64,000 nucleotides of DNA. It comes from Pelagomonas calceolata. Lineage: Eukaryota. The position numbers were made by a program, and so were the translations under genes. The notes under the pieces were generated by a model that did not search any database, was not told the origin of the DNA, and saw only the letters and a program-made list of their open reading frames with translations. Positions within the stretch are counted from its first letter, which is position 1. Each line of letters begins with the position of its first letter. Positions 31,256 to 42,933 of the stretch are shown piece after piece. The stretch spans positions 4,154,001 through 4,218,000 of the forward strand of contig CAKKNE010000005.1 of the NCBI GenBank assembly GCA_918797485.1, in the 5' to 3' direction.

Positions 31256-33526
31256 TCATCGAGTCCTTATTACTTGGCGCGAGCAGTTGTCACGCTTAAC
31301 GAGGCAAGCCAGGCTTCGGGGCAATGAGCGGACCCTCGCGCAATTCGACAGGGACTTCAGCAACGGCGCCAGGGAACCACTCTCGCGTTCGTAGGTATCA
31401 TCGTTGTACGCGTAGACCGGCTGCGCCACCTGCCATCTTCTTAAATCATCGTGGGACCCTCCCCGCGGCGGACCCGCGGCGGATCGAGGTTCCCGGACGC
31501 TTGGATGGGCGAGATGGGCCGGAACGACCGCCCGCAAGAGACTCCGCGGATCAGCAGCAAAGTCCGCCAGATCCACGGTCCAGTCGCGCGCGCTGGGCCT
31601 CCGCCACTTCCTCTCCGCCTCGTTGATCATACACCTTTTTAAGGCCGTGCACGTGGCGAAGGGCTCCGACGTTCGGTAGCAGGTCCGCTTCATCAGCGAC
31701 CAGATCTGATTCGGGGCGTCTCTCGTGCAAAAGATCATACCTGTGTGGAAATCAAATTTACGGCGCGTTCGTCCTGAATTGCCGCGTCGACCTCTACGCC
31801 ATCGACGCGACGCCTGTTCGATGGCGTGGCAATGACGGTTCCTCACCGCTCGACCGAGCCAGGACGGCCGCGTCATCGCCGAGAAATGGCTTAGTGAAGA
31901 ATTGTCGGGTGCACCCGACGCACTGGTTGTTTTCCACACAGGATCATGCGGGCCGCCGGAAACTTGCGCCGCAACCCCTCGAACCGGCGCACGTCGCGCG
32001 GACTGTTCGTCGGCTTCTTGAACACCGTCCACTCCGCGGAGCAGGCCTCCTCCACGTGGTCATCCGGCCACCGCTCGTCCCGCCCGCCCCGCAGCGGCAC
32101 GCCCAATCGTTTCGCGAGCTGCGCGCGGAGGACGCTCGTGAAGCTGTGGTGGAAGCCCCCGATGACGATTAACCTTTCTCCGTCGCAGAGCTTTTGTGCG
32201 GAACTGAGGCGTCGTCGTGGCCGTACGTCCCTACCGAGCTCTGAAACGAATTGGTGGAACTCGAGGCCGAAGCGATCCCACTGGTGGACCGCCGCCGACC
32301 GCGTCGTCAGGTCGTCCTCGAGCACGTAGCCCGCGGCGTCGCGAATCTTCCAATATTCTCCGATGTTGACGTGCGTCGGCGGGAGGTAGCCGGCGTGGCG
32401 CGGCCGCGAGCCGTCGAGGCTTCCCACCGTGTTGACGACGCCGTCGCCGCGCGTCTCGACGAAGGTCTCGGCCGGCAGATTGCCCGTATAAAATAGATAG
32501 TTCAAATATCCTTGATCTGAAGGTACTCCTTTGTGGTGGCAGTCGTGCGCGTCGACCTCGTTGAGCAGTCTTGTTTCAAAATTCACTATTGCTGGTTGCG
32601 CACCCATATACGAACCAGAACAGAGCACGGACTGGTTGCGCAGCCGGTCCCACTCGGCGCGGCCCCAACAGTTACGAACCCAACCGCCGTTGAAGGGGCA
32701 ATTCCCTACCTTCTTGAAGGGCCTGCGCGGACGGATCAGGCATCGAAATGACGCCGCGGCGATGGCGTGTCTCGCGCAATCGAGGAGTCAAGTGAAGAAT
32801 GAACGAAAATCCCTGGGACGCCGCGACGCACCAGTGCTCCGCGACGACGAGGAGCTCGAGGCCCTCGAGGCGTCTTCCTCTCCGTTCAATAACGCGCTGA
32901 AATGGATCCGCCTGAAAAAACGTGTCGCGGTAGTCCGCGACGTAGAACATGCTGCGCGGCGAGTACGTCTTCGCGATCGCGAGATACAACGCGTGGCGGA
33001 TGATCGCGAGCGGCAGGGGCGGCTGGCCCTCGCGCCACTTGCAGGTCTTGTGCTTGATGTTCCCCCCGCTAGACGCGCTACAGTCGGGCACGAGGCCGTA
33101 GGCGACGACGCCACTCTTCCGCAGGTAGGCCTCGCAGCCGCGCTGGAGCCTGCTCCGCGGCTCCGTGATGAGTGTTATGTCGCCCGTGTATCCCGCTCGT
33201 CTCAAGCTGCCGACGAAGGCCCGGTGCGAGAACTCGCGGTAATTCAGCGCGAGCCCGGTCACAACGTCGGCGTCGTAGCGTTGCGCGGGAAACGGCCACA
33301 AGGGTTCTCCCAACGGTGCCGGCGTGCGTGGCTTAGCGAGTTTCCCGGGCGCGTCGGTGACCGGCCGCCGATTCGCCAGCGGCGCGGGCCCGAACATGGG
33401 CGGTCGCGCGGCCCATTGCGCCTTGACGTCCTCCGGAGCCCGGAACCCGCTGATCCAGTTGCCGTTTCGCCAGCCGCGCTGAGCATCGGCAGTGCAAAAT
33501 AGCAGCAGCAGTCTCATTGATGACAT
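31256..33526 (-). CDS. Secreted/Golgi glycosyltransferase-like domain fused to a sulfotransferase-like domain; 3 exons (introns 32723..32831, 31741..31949)
   Basis: ADYRDTFFQADPF, LCSG, SDQGYLNYL, VHQWDR; then IVIGGFHHSFTSVL and MIFCTRD (PAPS-binding-like). Confidence 0.65.
31741..31949 (-). mobile_element. Introner family A intron (GC-AG)
   Basis: TSD GCATGATC/GTATGATC; TIR CTGTGTGGAAAACAA...TTGATTTCCACACAG. Confidence 0.88.
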
Positions 33527-33656
33527 CGTTGCTTAAACGCCACCGCTGGACGCAGCAATGCTCACAGGCGGTTCGCATTGATTGATGCTGCTACAGAGCC
33601 AAGAAACTACGAGTCGTTGCCAAGTCGATCTATACCGGCGGCGCTTGTTTCATCGA

Positions 33657-33680
33657 GCTAGCGGCCTGTAAGACACTAGT
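33657..33680 (+). promoter_or_regulatory. Recurrent promoter element (divergent promoter)
   Basis: gctagcggcctgtaagacactagt. Confidence 0.8.
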
Positions 33681-33948
33681 AAGCAAGCGGACGGCTCGCA
33701 CGACCCGCGCAGCAATCGAGACCCCTCCCGAGCAGTACCTGCAGATGCGCGACGGTACGGCCTCGGCTCGCGGCCCAGACAGAGGCCGGAGCAGGATAAT
33801 CTGCGCGCCGCGCCCGCCGCCGGCGCGACCGCCCACATTATCATAAGGCAAGCCAGGCAAAAAACAAACCCAAAGGCAGCCCTTTTTGCGCGCAGCAGCC
33901 CGCCCACCAAAAGATTATTTAGGGAGGCTAGAATTGCAGGGAAACACA

Positions 33949-35790
33949 ATGAAGCGCGGCGTCGACGGCGCCGCGCGCAACACCAGAGGGAGAAGCAAAA
34001 GACAGCCGCCGCAGCAGAGCTGGTCCACGCCCACGAACGGCCAAGCCCCCGCGGCGGCCCCTAGACGTTTTTTCCCCCCGACGCCCGCGACGAACGACCT
34101 CCCCACGCAAAACTGCGCGGACCCCTGGACGGAAGAGGAGGACGCGGTATTGCGGGAGGGCGTCTTGCGCTTCGGGACGGGCGACTGGTCGAAGGTCGCG
34201 AGGCACTTGTTACCACCAATAAACGGAGGACCCCAAAAAAGGACGCCAGACGACTGTCAAGCCAGGTGGGACGCCGCCGTGCGCCACGCCGCCGTCAAGG
34301 GGCCCTGGCTGCCCGAGGAGGACAATTTGTTGAGGCAATTAGTGGCCAAGTTCGGCCCGAAGCGCTGGGCTCTGATTGCCAGTCACATCCCGGGGAGGGC
34401 GGGCAAGCAGTGTCGCGAGAGATGGTTGAATCATCTCGACTCGAGAGTCGTGAAGTCGGACTGGACCCCGGACGAGGACGCCATATTACTCGATGCCCAA
34501 CAAAGGGTCGGCAACAAGTGGTCCGAGATCGCGCGCGGTTTGCCCGGAAGAGCCGAGAACGCCGTGAAAAATAGGTTCAATTCATTGATAACAAAAAGAC
34601 TGACACATGGTTTAGAAGCCCAAGCTAGACGACGCGACCGCCAGTCCGAGAGTAGGGGAGAAGCTGATGCGGCCGAAGCTAGACGGTTAGGTGAGCGGTC
34701 CGCCAAAGAACTACTGCAGCTCATGTTCCGGCGCATGGGCGAGACGCGGCACGTCCAACACCGGACGCCGCCGCTAGCTGGGCAGATTGGTGGATCAATG
34801 GCAAAATTAACGTTAAATCCCGATGGTCGAAGGACGCGACAGTCGTCCGGCGCGCAGCAGGCCGCGGCCGTGGTCAGTGACGTCGCCCAGGCGGAACTGC
34901 GAGGGTTATTAGTGGCAGCGAGGACGTGGTCTCGAGAGAGTTCACGACAGAGATTCCTCGGGTCCGTGGCGTTCAAGCGCGACGAGTGGGACGCGCTCGA
35001 GAAGCGGGCCGAAAGAAAGGCGCAAACGGAGCCGGGTCTCGTCGCGCAGATGGCCGAGGCCGCGGCCGCTTGTTTGGGTGGGGCTTTGTTAGCCCCGCCT
35101 TCACCGAAGGCGGCCCCACAACGGAACATCTGCGACTCGCCGCGCGGTGGTGACGAGCGACGACGGCGCGTCCGGAGACCTCGGCGACGGGGTCAAGAGG
35201 AGCCACCGCCCCAGGACGACGGGCTGGCGATGCGCCTGTCGGCTACTTTATGCTCTTTATCTTTAGATGATGCGTCGTGGCTCGGGGACGTGATCGATAC
35301 GTCCTTCGACGGCGTAGAGAGATCAAGAGCTTCAAGAGATTGGGCGAAAGGACCCGCGAACAATTTCCCGAGGAACCGGGGCCGGCCGCCGCTCGCGCCG
35401 CCGCCGCCGACGATGTCGACCTCCTCAGCCGGCCTCAAGTTGAGTGCATCGATTGACGACTGGGGCGGCACGTTGGTAGGGGCGTCTGTGGATCAAAGGC
35501 CTATAACAGGAATCAGCCCCGCGTCGGAAGCGCGCGTCGCAACCACTCTACAAGAGATGAGCGCGCGGCCCGACCCGACGCCGTCGACGCAGCCGGCGTC
35601 GGACGCGTCCATGTCCTTGGACCAGGTGGACTGGGATTTGATCCTCAAGGCGACGGGCTCGACGCCCGGCGGGCGGACGCGGCGCGGCGCGGCGCCGATC
35701 GACTTCGACCCGGCGCCTCGACCAGCGACGGCGCCCGAGGACCTCACGCCGCGCGCCCGCGAACTGCTGGCGAAGAGCCGCCAGGCGTGA
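33949..35790 (+). CDS. Three-repeat (R1R2R3) Myb transcription factor
   Basis: WTEEED..W..W; KGPWLPEED...GKQCRERWLNHL; WTPDED..GNKWSEIA..LPGRAENAVKNRFNS. Confidence 0.9.
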   Translation: MKRGVDGAARNTRGRSKRQPPQQSWSTPTNGQAPAAAPRRFFPPTPATNDLPTQNCADPWTEEEDAVLREGVLRFGTGDWSKVARHLLPPINGGPQKRTPDDCQARWDAAVRHAAVKGPWLPEEDNLLRQLVAKFGPKRWALIASHIPGRAGKQCRERWLNHLDSRVVKSDWTPDEDAILLDAQQRVGNKWSEIARGLPGRAENAVKNRFNSLITKRLTHGLEAQARRRDRQSESRGEADAAEARRLGERSAKELLQLMFRRMGETRHVQHRTPPLAGQIGGSMAKLTLNPDGRRTRQSSGAQQAAAVVSDVAQAELRGLLVAARTWSRESSRQRFLGSVAFKRDEWDALEKRAERKAQTEPGLVAQMAEAAAACLGGALLAPPSPKAAPQRNICDSPRGGDERRRRVRRPRRRGQEEPPPQDDGLAMRLSATLCSLSLDDASWLGDVIDTSFDGVERSRASRDWAKGPANNFPRNRGRPPLAPPPPTMSTSSAGLKLSASIDDWGGTLVGASVDQRPITGISPASEARVATTLQEMSARPDPTPSTQPASDASMSLDQVDWDLILKATGSTPGGRTRRGAAPIDFDPAPRPATAPEDLTPRARELLAKSRQA

Positions 35791-35940
35791 GTCCCCCTTC
35801 CTTCGGCGCCGGCGCTAAGAATTTGATACATCTTTAGTGTCATCTGGACCCGTCTTCTTGGAGCGCTAGAGGCGTGCGGGTATTTCAGTGAGGAGCCTTC
35901 TAAACAAGGTGTACACAAAACGCGACGGGAAAAAAATCGC

Positions 35941-35963
35941 GCTAGCGTCCGTAAGACACTAGC
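35941..35963 (+). promoter_or_regulatory. Recurrent promoter element
   Basis: gctagcgtccgtaagacactagc. Confidence 0.8.
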
Positions 35964-36074
35964 TCAAGTTTCAGTGGGTCGTTTTGGCAGAATTCCGCGG
36001 CTGTAGCTACATCCCGGCCTCCTCAGAAGCTGCGACTGTCCGTAAGCTTATTGTTGACAACGTCTCCCGCAGCC

Positions 36075-36989
36075 ATGAAAATTGTAGCGCTCCTGGCGCT
36101 GCTGCGGCCGAGCTCTGCCCTCCAAAAGCCTGGAGCTGCGGGCGCCGCGGGCGCGGCGGCCCCCAAGCCCGGCGCCCCTGGAGGCTGGGGCCACCACGCC
36201 CCCGCCGCCGCGCCCGCCTCGCCAGAAACGCCGCCCTTCATCGACCCGGACATCGCGGCCAAGCTCGACGGCGTCTGGCAGGACGTCGACCTCACCGCGG
36301 ACCAGGAGCTGCTCCTCGCGAGCACGGACTTCTGGTGCGACGCGGAAGAGCCCACTCCCGAGTGCGTCGACGAGGAGGAGTTCCTGAACGGCGGCGTGCC
36401 CATCTTCGCGGAAGACGACGAGGGAGACGACCCCTGGTGCGACGTCACGGAAGAACTACCGTCAGACGACTGTATTGACCTCCAGGAGTTCAACGCTGTC
36501 GAGCAAGAACCGGACTGGGGCTCCATAGATTCGCACGAGGCCGTGCCCTTGGTCAACGGCAAGCCGGAGCGGGAAGCCTTCGCGTTCGTCGACGAGCGGT
36601 CCTGCGTCGGCTGCAACTTATGTGCCGCGATCGCGCCGGCGACGTTCTACATGGAGGAGGACCACGGCATGGCTCGTATTTATCGACAGCACGGCGACGC
36701 GCCGGAAGTCATCGACGAGGCGAAGGCCGCGTGTCCCGTCGGCTGCATCAAAGATATTAACTTTGATGGGCTCGTGAAGGCCGAGCAGGAGCGAAGGACG
36801 CAGGCCATCAATAACGCGGGGCGGCTGACGCAGCGCGCGGAAGGCAAGGCACCCAGAACGATCTTGGAGGGCCTCGTGGACACGGACGATCCGGAGTACA
36901 TCGCGCGGGAGAAAGCTAGAGAATTGGAGAGGATTCGAGAGGGGCTCAAGACCCTCGCGGGGTCGCGTCGAAGACTCGTGGAGCTCTGA
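36075..36989 (+). CDS. Ferredoxin-domain (single 4Fe-4S/3Fe-4S cluster) protein with signal peptide
   Basis: FVDERSCVGCNLCAAIAPATF...ACPVGCI. Confidence 0.8.
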   Translation: MKIVALLALLRPSSALQKPGAAGAAGAAAPKPGAPGGWGHHAPAAAPASPETPPFIDPDIAAKLDGVWQDVDLTADQELLLASTDFWCDAEEPTPECVDEEEFLNGGVPIFAEDDEGDDPWCDVTEELPSDDCIDLQEFNAVEQEPDWGSIDSHEAVPLVNGKPEREAFAFVDERSCVGCNLCAAIAPATFYMEEDHGMARIYRQHGDAPEVIDEAKAACPVGCIKDINFDGLVKAEQERRTQAINNAGRLTQRAEGKAPRTILEGLVDTDDPEYIAREKARELERIREGLKTLAGSRRRLVEL

Positions 36990-37112
36990 GTAATCTTCAT
37001 TTCAACAGACCGTTACTCAACATGGGGTTGACAACAGGGGGGATAGGGGATAGGCTGTCATGGCTGCTCGTCTGCGGGGTTAGACTACCGAGGCAGTCCC
37101 GCGGCGAGCATA

Positions 37113-39952
37113 CTAGGTCTTCGACGTCAGCGCGCGGTACCCGCGCCAGTCGGAAGGAGCTCTAAACTCGTAGGACTTCAGGACTCGATACAGGGTACGA
37201 GTAGGTCCATCTTCTGGTGAAATCTTGAGGGCCTCGCTCAAATTTGACTTGGCTGCCAACCAGTCGCCCGCGACGTAATCTTGCACTCCATCGTTGAAAC
37301 GAGACATAAATTCTGGGGAGATGTCGCGCTGCAAGTCTCGATAGTACATATCAGTAGCAAAGTCCACGGCCTTCGGGACCTTGTGGCCATTCAACACCGT
37401 GGTAAAGGGTGCTGGTGAACTCCCAGGGTACGTACTGATATCAAAAGTCCATAATTCGAGAGGCACATTCGACCCTTTGACGGAGACGACGTCGACCATC
37501 CGACAGAACGACCGAGCCGCGGGACTTAATTCGTCGGCGAAGAAGCCACTAAATAAGAGGGGGCAGTCGTACATGTGAGTGGCCGCTTCGAGGCGCGCCG
37601 AGACATTCACGTTTGGACTTAAATAAGAAGCGTCGATCTTGAACTTCGAACCAATGGTCCCCTCGATGGCCCAGCCGACGTGCAGGCCGAAGCCCATCTT
37701 GACCTTGAAATCGTCGCCTAGTGCTTGCTTCACTCGAGGGTCGTTGCAAAAGTGAGCCAAGCGACCGCCTTGTCCATTAGCTGCCTTTAAGTCGACCTGC
37801 ACCTTCAGGAACGCAGCTAACGCGCTCTCGACCATCTCCAGAGGCGGGACCGGTCTCGACATGATATCGTCTTGGGCTCGCGACGCGACCGACGTCGCCG
37901 CCCTCCTAGCCGTGCGCCACTGGCGAAATTCCGGCGTGTTCGGGGGAGGATCTTTATCTCTGAGATCACGCAAGCCGGGTAAAGTACCGTCGCAGATCTT
38001 CCACACTAAGAGGAACGCGCACCCGATGTTCTTGTTCGGCGCGCCGTGGAACGCCGCCGCGCCCGCGTGGACTATCGACGCCACCGTGTTCACATACGTT
38101 ATGGTATCCTCTTCCAACGCGCCGCAGGTGACCGTGAAGTCCTCGACTATTGCGAAACCGAACACTGCGGTAACTCTTTTCCCAGGCAAGACGTACGTCT
38201 GGTTCTGGAGCGACGTGTCCATGGACCTCGCGATCACTTCGGCCCCAGCAGCACCGAAGCCCACTTGTAGTAATCCACTGATTTTTGTTAACGTTTGATC
38301 CAGTAAAAAAGTTTCATCAGTCTGGTCGATTTTTTTCTGCGACTGTTTTCTTCTTTGGGACATGTTCCCCAGCGGGTTCTCCGCTAAACGTCGTACCAAA
38401 GACATCATGCGCTCGATGGGACCCACAACTAACACCGTCGCGTCCTGCGTGTACACCACTACGGCTGTGGTAAGTACAATCATGACGACGACCATCCGTA
38501 TCAAATTCAACAAAGCGTCAAACTTGGCAGCGTCCCGCGTGTCATAGAACACGACCGTGCCCGTCTGGATGCACTCCCGCGCATGGACGCAGTCGCCCTC
38601 CTGCACGACACTCCAATCGAGGTCCTTACCTTGCCCTATTCTCCACCCGTACAAGTCTTTGAGTTCTGCCAAGGAGTCCACCAAATCACTACGAGGGTCC
38701 CAGGCGCCCTCGTTCGAACAGGGCGCGATCGAACAGGCCTTCCTTTCCTTCCCGAGAGGTCTTTTATCGGACTCCATCCTACCTTTACCCTCGTGGACCG
38801 GAAAACCCAAAGAATCCTTGCCTCGCGGGCCTCCTCCACTATTATATGTGGATTTCTGATTCTGGAACCAGCCTTTCCCTTGCCTGTGGAAGTAGATACT
38901 CTTGAGGTACGCGTCGTAATCGTGGCCGTCGACCCGCAGGTACCGCACCTTACCTATCTTTGAGACGTAGGTCCTCAGGTTCGAGCAGAACTCGTCCATG
39001 TCGCTCAGACAGTAGTCCGAGGCTGACTGACCATCAGGTATGATCGGCTTTAACGCATGTAAAGTCTGCACGCCGAGCCTTCTGTAGCTACCATCTGAGG
39101 ACGCTCCAGTAGCTCCCAGCGGATCGTCGAACAGGGGAAAGACCGCGACCATGAGCAGCAGCAGTATCACGATTTTTCTTGTAGCTAACTCCGTCAACCG
39201 CTTCGCTACTTTTGACGGTTGCGCGACGTCGTCGTCGTCGTCGTCGTCCTCGACGCGCCGCGCCCGCAACCGGAAGAGCTTGACGACCCTTACTAGTCGC
39301 AATAAACGAGCTAATCGAACGACGCGCGCACCCTTGGTCGCTCTAGACATCCGAGCCGACCGCGCCAGGCCCGCTTGACCGCTCTCATCTAACACATCGA
39401 GCCAGTGCACGTCGAAGATCATCGACGCCGTGCTGATCACGTCGAGCCAAAAGTAGAAGCCTCCGAAGAAGTAGAAGCCCGCGCATAGGACAGGAATGTA
39501 GTAGACCCCGAAGAAGTAGGTGTCATAGTGCACGGTACAATTCGCGAGGATCTCGAGCGCGAAGTACGTCATGACCACGGCGTTCGTGACGCTAAAGATG
39601 TAGTCGGCGTTAGACGCGCCGTCGAAGGCGAGGATGCGGACCTGCGTGTCGCGTGTGTGTCTCTTCGCGTCTCGTCGCGTCGACGGCGTCGAGGCGCGAG
39701 GGCGAAACTCTCCGTCGGGCGCGACGCCATCGACGCGCGTCCATTGTAGACGCTGCGTTGAACGTCGTCGCCGAACAACGCGAAGACCGTCAGCAGGCCC
39801 GTCAACAACTGGGCGAGCGGGTGGTCCAAGGCGCGGCCGAGCGCGGGCACGACGGTGGTCCGCGCGCGCGCGCAGGCGCGGCAGAGCGCGTCTTCACGAT
39901 GCTCCGCGTCGTCTTCAGGATCCGTCGCCGCGGGCGGCGCCGGCGTCTTCAT
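37113..39952 (-). CDS. Voltage-sensor/ion-channel-adenylyl cyclase-like fusion protein; 2 exons (intron 39642..39763)
   Basis: FALFGDD|VRIL, FWLDVISTAS, S4-like RVVRLARLLRLVRVVKL, GPIERM, GFGAAGAEVI, GFGLHVGWAIEG, KIDASYLSPNVNVSARLE, TPR-like C-terminus. Confidence 0.85.
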
Positions 39953-40454
39953 CTGCAGATGGAGGCTGGCTGTGCCTTCTGGCCAAACTCGGGAATGGGG
40001 GGCAGCCGCGCCGCGCGCTTCTGCGCCGCGGGAGAGGGGCCACCGGTGAGTCACTTGCGCAGCGCTACGCGCGGGCGCGCGCCGTCGCGCCGCGTTTGCT
40101 GAGCACAACTCGACTTGTGTGAGATGTGATGTGCCTTCAGCTCGTCGACGGCGTCGGGGGGCAGGGAGGGAAAAACGCGTCTGGCGAGACGTGGGGGACC
40201 TCTTCTCGGTATGCGTGGTTGCGTCTCGTTTTGGTGCGGGTTTTCGCAGCTCTCTCCGCGCGGTTTTTTGCGTTTTGCGGCGCCTCTGAGCTGTTATTGA
40301 TTGATACGAATCAGCAGCGTACGCTACGGACACGCTTAATTCAACTCCAACGTTTTAGCCTCAACGGATCGCGGTAGCCAGAGCTCTGTGGTACCTCTGG
40401 CACTTGGTGCTCTCCCAGACTATCGTGCGAGCCGTTCTTGTAAACTGCGAAGCC

Positions 40455-40943
40455 ATGATGCTATCCGCGGCAGTGCGCCGCATTCCTCGAGCGGTACCGC
40501 GTGCGTCACTGCGTGAGCCGGCGGTGCGGAACTTCGCAGCGGTACCGATCGTGCCGATCATCGGCGCGTTCCTCGCGAAGAAAGCAGTCGCTTCCTATGC
40601 GATCTTCAACGCCGTGCACTCGTACGGCATCCCGAAGCTTTTCCGACAGGTCGCGCACGCGACGCGAGCGTGGGGCGTGGACGCGGCGGCGCGGCGCGAG
40701 TTTTTGTACCTCGTAAAAGGAGCGCTCCGCGCGCCGACGAGCGCTTATTCTTTTGTTGAGAATTCGTTTGCGGCCCGCGTCGTGGCCCACGTCGCGCAAA
40801 ATCCGGAACTGCGGGCCGAACTGAACAAACGGGTGCCTCCCGTGATCGTCGAGGCCCTCCAGAGCGCGGTCCGACGGACGCCGGTAGGAAAAGCATTCGA
40901 CGCGGCGCTCGGCGTGCTGGAGAAGGTACGGCCGAAAACGTGA
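40455..40943 (+). CDS. Hypothetical protein with mitochondrial-type presequence
   Basis: MMLSAAVRRIPRAVPRASLR N-terminus; 162-aa ORF. Confidence 0.55.
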   Translation: MMLSAAVRRIPRAVPRASLREPAVRNFAAVPIVPIIGAFLAKKAVASYAIFNAVHSYGIPKLFRQVAHATRAWGVDAAARREFLYLVKGALRAPTSAYSFVENSFAARVVAHVAQNPELRAELNKRVPPVIVEALQSAVRRTPVGKAFDAALGVLEKVRPKT

Positions 40944-41245
40944 ATCATATATGTATTGTGTAAATAGTTTTGAGGACTTTGACCATTACATGCCTAGCGA
41001 GCCATGAGAGTCCGTCACAGAGCTCGCTGGAGGTGTTCCGCGGTCCTTTTGGCGTGCTCCACGCGGCAGTTCGTTCCAGGCTCTGGAGCAACGCTCTCAC
41101 AGCTATTCAGCACCGCTTTTTGCATCACACGCAAAACAGCTCAAGCTCTCGCAGCACGAGAGCAGTCACAGCAACCGCACGTCCTCGCTCTAGCAGTACC
41201 GCGCACGAACGCGCCGCACACGACGCGCACGCACCAAAAAGCACC

Positions 41246-42559
41246 ATGACAGCAAAAGACGACACCGTAGCGTCCAAGGCTGAAGAAGAATTCGTCCTCC
41301 TCGGCGACCCCGAGAAGACCACAGCACTCCCGGACCTGCCCAGGACCCCTGAACCGGCAGACAAGCAAGTCAAGACCATTGTCGCGGAGACGCTGCCGCC
41401 GCGCGTCCACGCAAACAAGCAAGACAAGACCGTCGAGGCAGACAAGACCGTCGAGGCGACGCACGCGGTCGCGTTCGAGGCAGCTCTGAAGGAAGCCGCA
41501 CCGGACGCGCCTCCCACCATCGGCGACGCGGCGGCCGCGCTCAAGGACGCGACGCTCCGCGAGCTCGGCGCGGCCCGCGAGAAGGCGTCGACCAAGATCA
41601 AGGCCGCGGCGCGGGCCGCGCGGCGGAACGCGCCGGCGTGGCGCCGCGTCGGCTATTGGACGCTCGGCCTACTCGCGCTCGCTGTTGTCTTCACCAGCGG
41701 CTTCTTCCTCGGCGACCGACGAAGCCGCGTCGCCTCCGCACCGACTCAAGTGTCCGAGGCTACTACGCCGGCCGCAGACGCGCCGGTGGCCGAAACGGTC
41801 AAGTCGACCCCGCCGACCACGTCGACCGGATCTCCGACGTGCCGCGCGCGTCCGTCGGTCGACTCGCTCTTCGACGGCGTGGTCAACGAGATCCTCGGCC
41901 TGCGGTCGCAGCCGCGCCCGCGCCGCGCGGAGCCGCTCGACGCGTTCGTCCGTCGGATGCTCGCGCCGGCGCCGCGTGTGCTACCGACCATGGACGTCTC
42001 CTTCGGCTGGCCTGGGCTCGAGCTCACCGTGCCGTTCCTGCGGCGCGAGGCCGAGCAGCAGCGGCGCCTCGACGCCGCCGTCGCCGCGCGTCACCAAGCC
42101 GCGAACGTCCAGCGGAGACGCCTCGAAGAACAGCGGCGCCTTGAACACGCGCGGCACGAGGCTGCCCACAACAGACAGGCCCTCGAAGAACAGCGGCGCC
42201 TCGAACGCGCGCGGCACGAGGCCGCCCGCAGACAGGCCCAGAAGGCGGCCGCGGTCAAAGACCTCGAGGAACGGTTGGCAAAGGCCGAAGCCGCCCGCGA
42301 GGAGCGACTCCGCCTCGCAGAGCAGCGGACGACCGAGCCGATGCCTGTCGCTGACACCGACGTCGTAGAGACGAACGCGGTCGACGCGGAGCCGGCCGTC
42401 GAGCCGACGCCGGCACCGACGCGGCCCGCGCGCGACGCCCTCCGCGAGCTCTCGATCAAGCAACTGCGGAACATCCTCGCGTCACGCGGCGGCGCGTGCA
42501 CGACGTGCAAGGAGAAGGATGATCTCGTCGCAGCAGTGATCAAAGTCCTCGACGACTGA
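41246..42559 (+). CDS. Membrane protein with coiled coil and C-terminal SAP/ARMET-C-like CxxC domain
   Basis: TM helix WTLGLLALAVVF; LRELSIKQLRNILASRGGACTTCKEKDDLV. Confidence 0.65.
   Translation: MTAKDDTVASKAEEEFVLLGDPEKTTALPDLPRTPEPADKQVKTIVAETLPPRVHANKQDKTVEADKTVEATHAVAFEAALKEAAPDAPPTIGDAAAALKDATLRELGAAREKASTKIKAAARAARRNAPAWRRVGYWTLGLLALAVVFTSGFFLGDRRSRVASAPTQVSEATTPAADAPVAETVKSTPPTTSTGSPTCRARPSVDSLFDGVVNEILGLRSQPRPRRAEPLDAFVRRMLAPAPRVLPTMDVSFGWPGLELTVPFLRREAEQQRRLDAAVAARHQAANVQRRRLEEQRRLEHARHEAAHNRQALEEQRRLERARHEAARRQAQKAAAVKDLEERLAKAEAAREERLRLAEQRTTEPMPVADTDVVETNAVDAEPAVEPTPAPTRPARDALRELSIKQLRNILASRGGACTTCKEKDDLVAAVIKVLDD
42121..42240 (+). repeat. Coding tandem duplication, 2 x 60 bp
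   Basis: cctcgaagaacagcggcgcc(t)... repeated at a 60-nt offset (LEEQRRLExARHEAAxxxQA). Confidence 0.85.
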
Positions 42560-42692
42560 CCCCCCTTCCCGTCCCCCCTATCCCTCCTGAGTAATCGGTT
42601 GAACCGATTGCACTTTCCGTCGGAAAAAAATGAGAGAGAGAGTCGCTTATTGAACTCACCCCCAGGTAGTACGGACCCCGAACGCAAAATGC

Positions 42693-42716
42693 CCTAGCGG
42701 TCAGTAAGACACTAGC
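42693..42716 (+). promoter_or_regulatory. Recurrent promoter element
   Basis: cctagcggtcagtaagacactagc. Confidence 0.78.
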
Positions 42717-42933
42717 AAGCACAGGAGAGGCATTTCACTCCCAGCCATATTGCTCGGTCTACGGCGGGGTTGTGACCTCACGCGTCAGGTCACAACTTCC
42801 TACGCCTTGGTCCATCGCAACCTGCCCAAGAAAGCGCTGCCAAAGCGCCCCGTCACAACAAAAACAGAGGAAGAGCAAAACTGCTCTCAGGAGCCAAAAG
42901 CGTTCCGCGCTAGAAATTATTGCTCTCAGGAGC

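Noticed and set aside
36987..37060. Short inverted repeat TGAGTAA...TTACTCA and G-rich tract, loosely similar to 42560..42610
   Set aside because: Too short and degenerate to separate from chance
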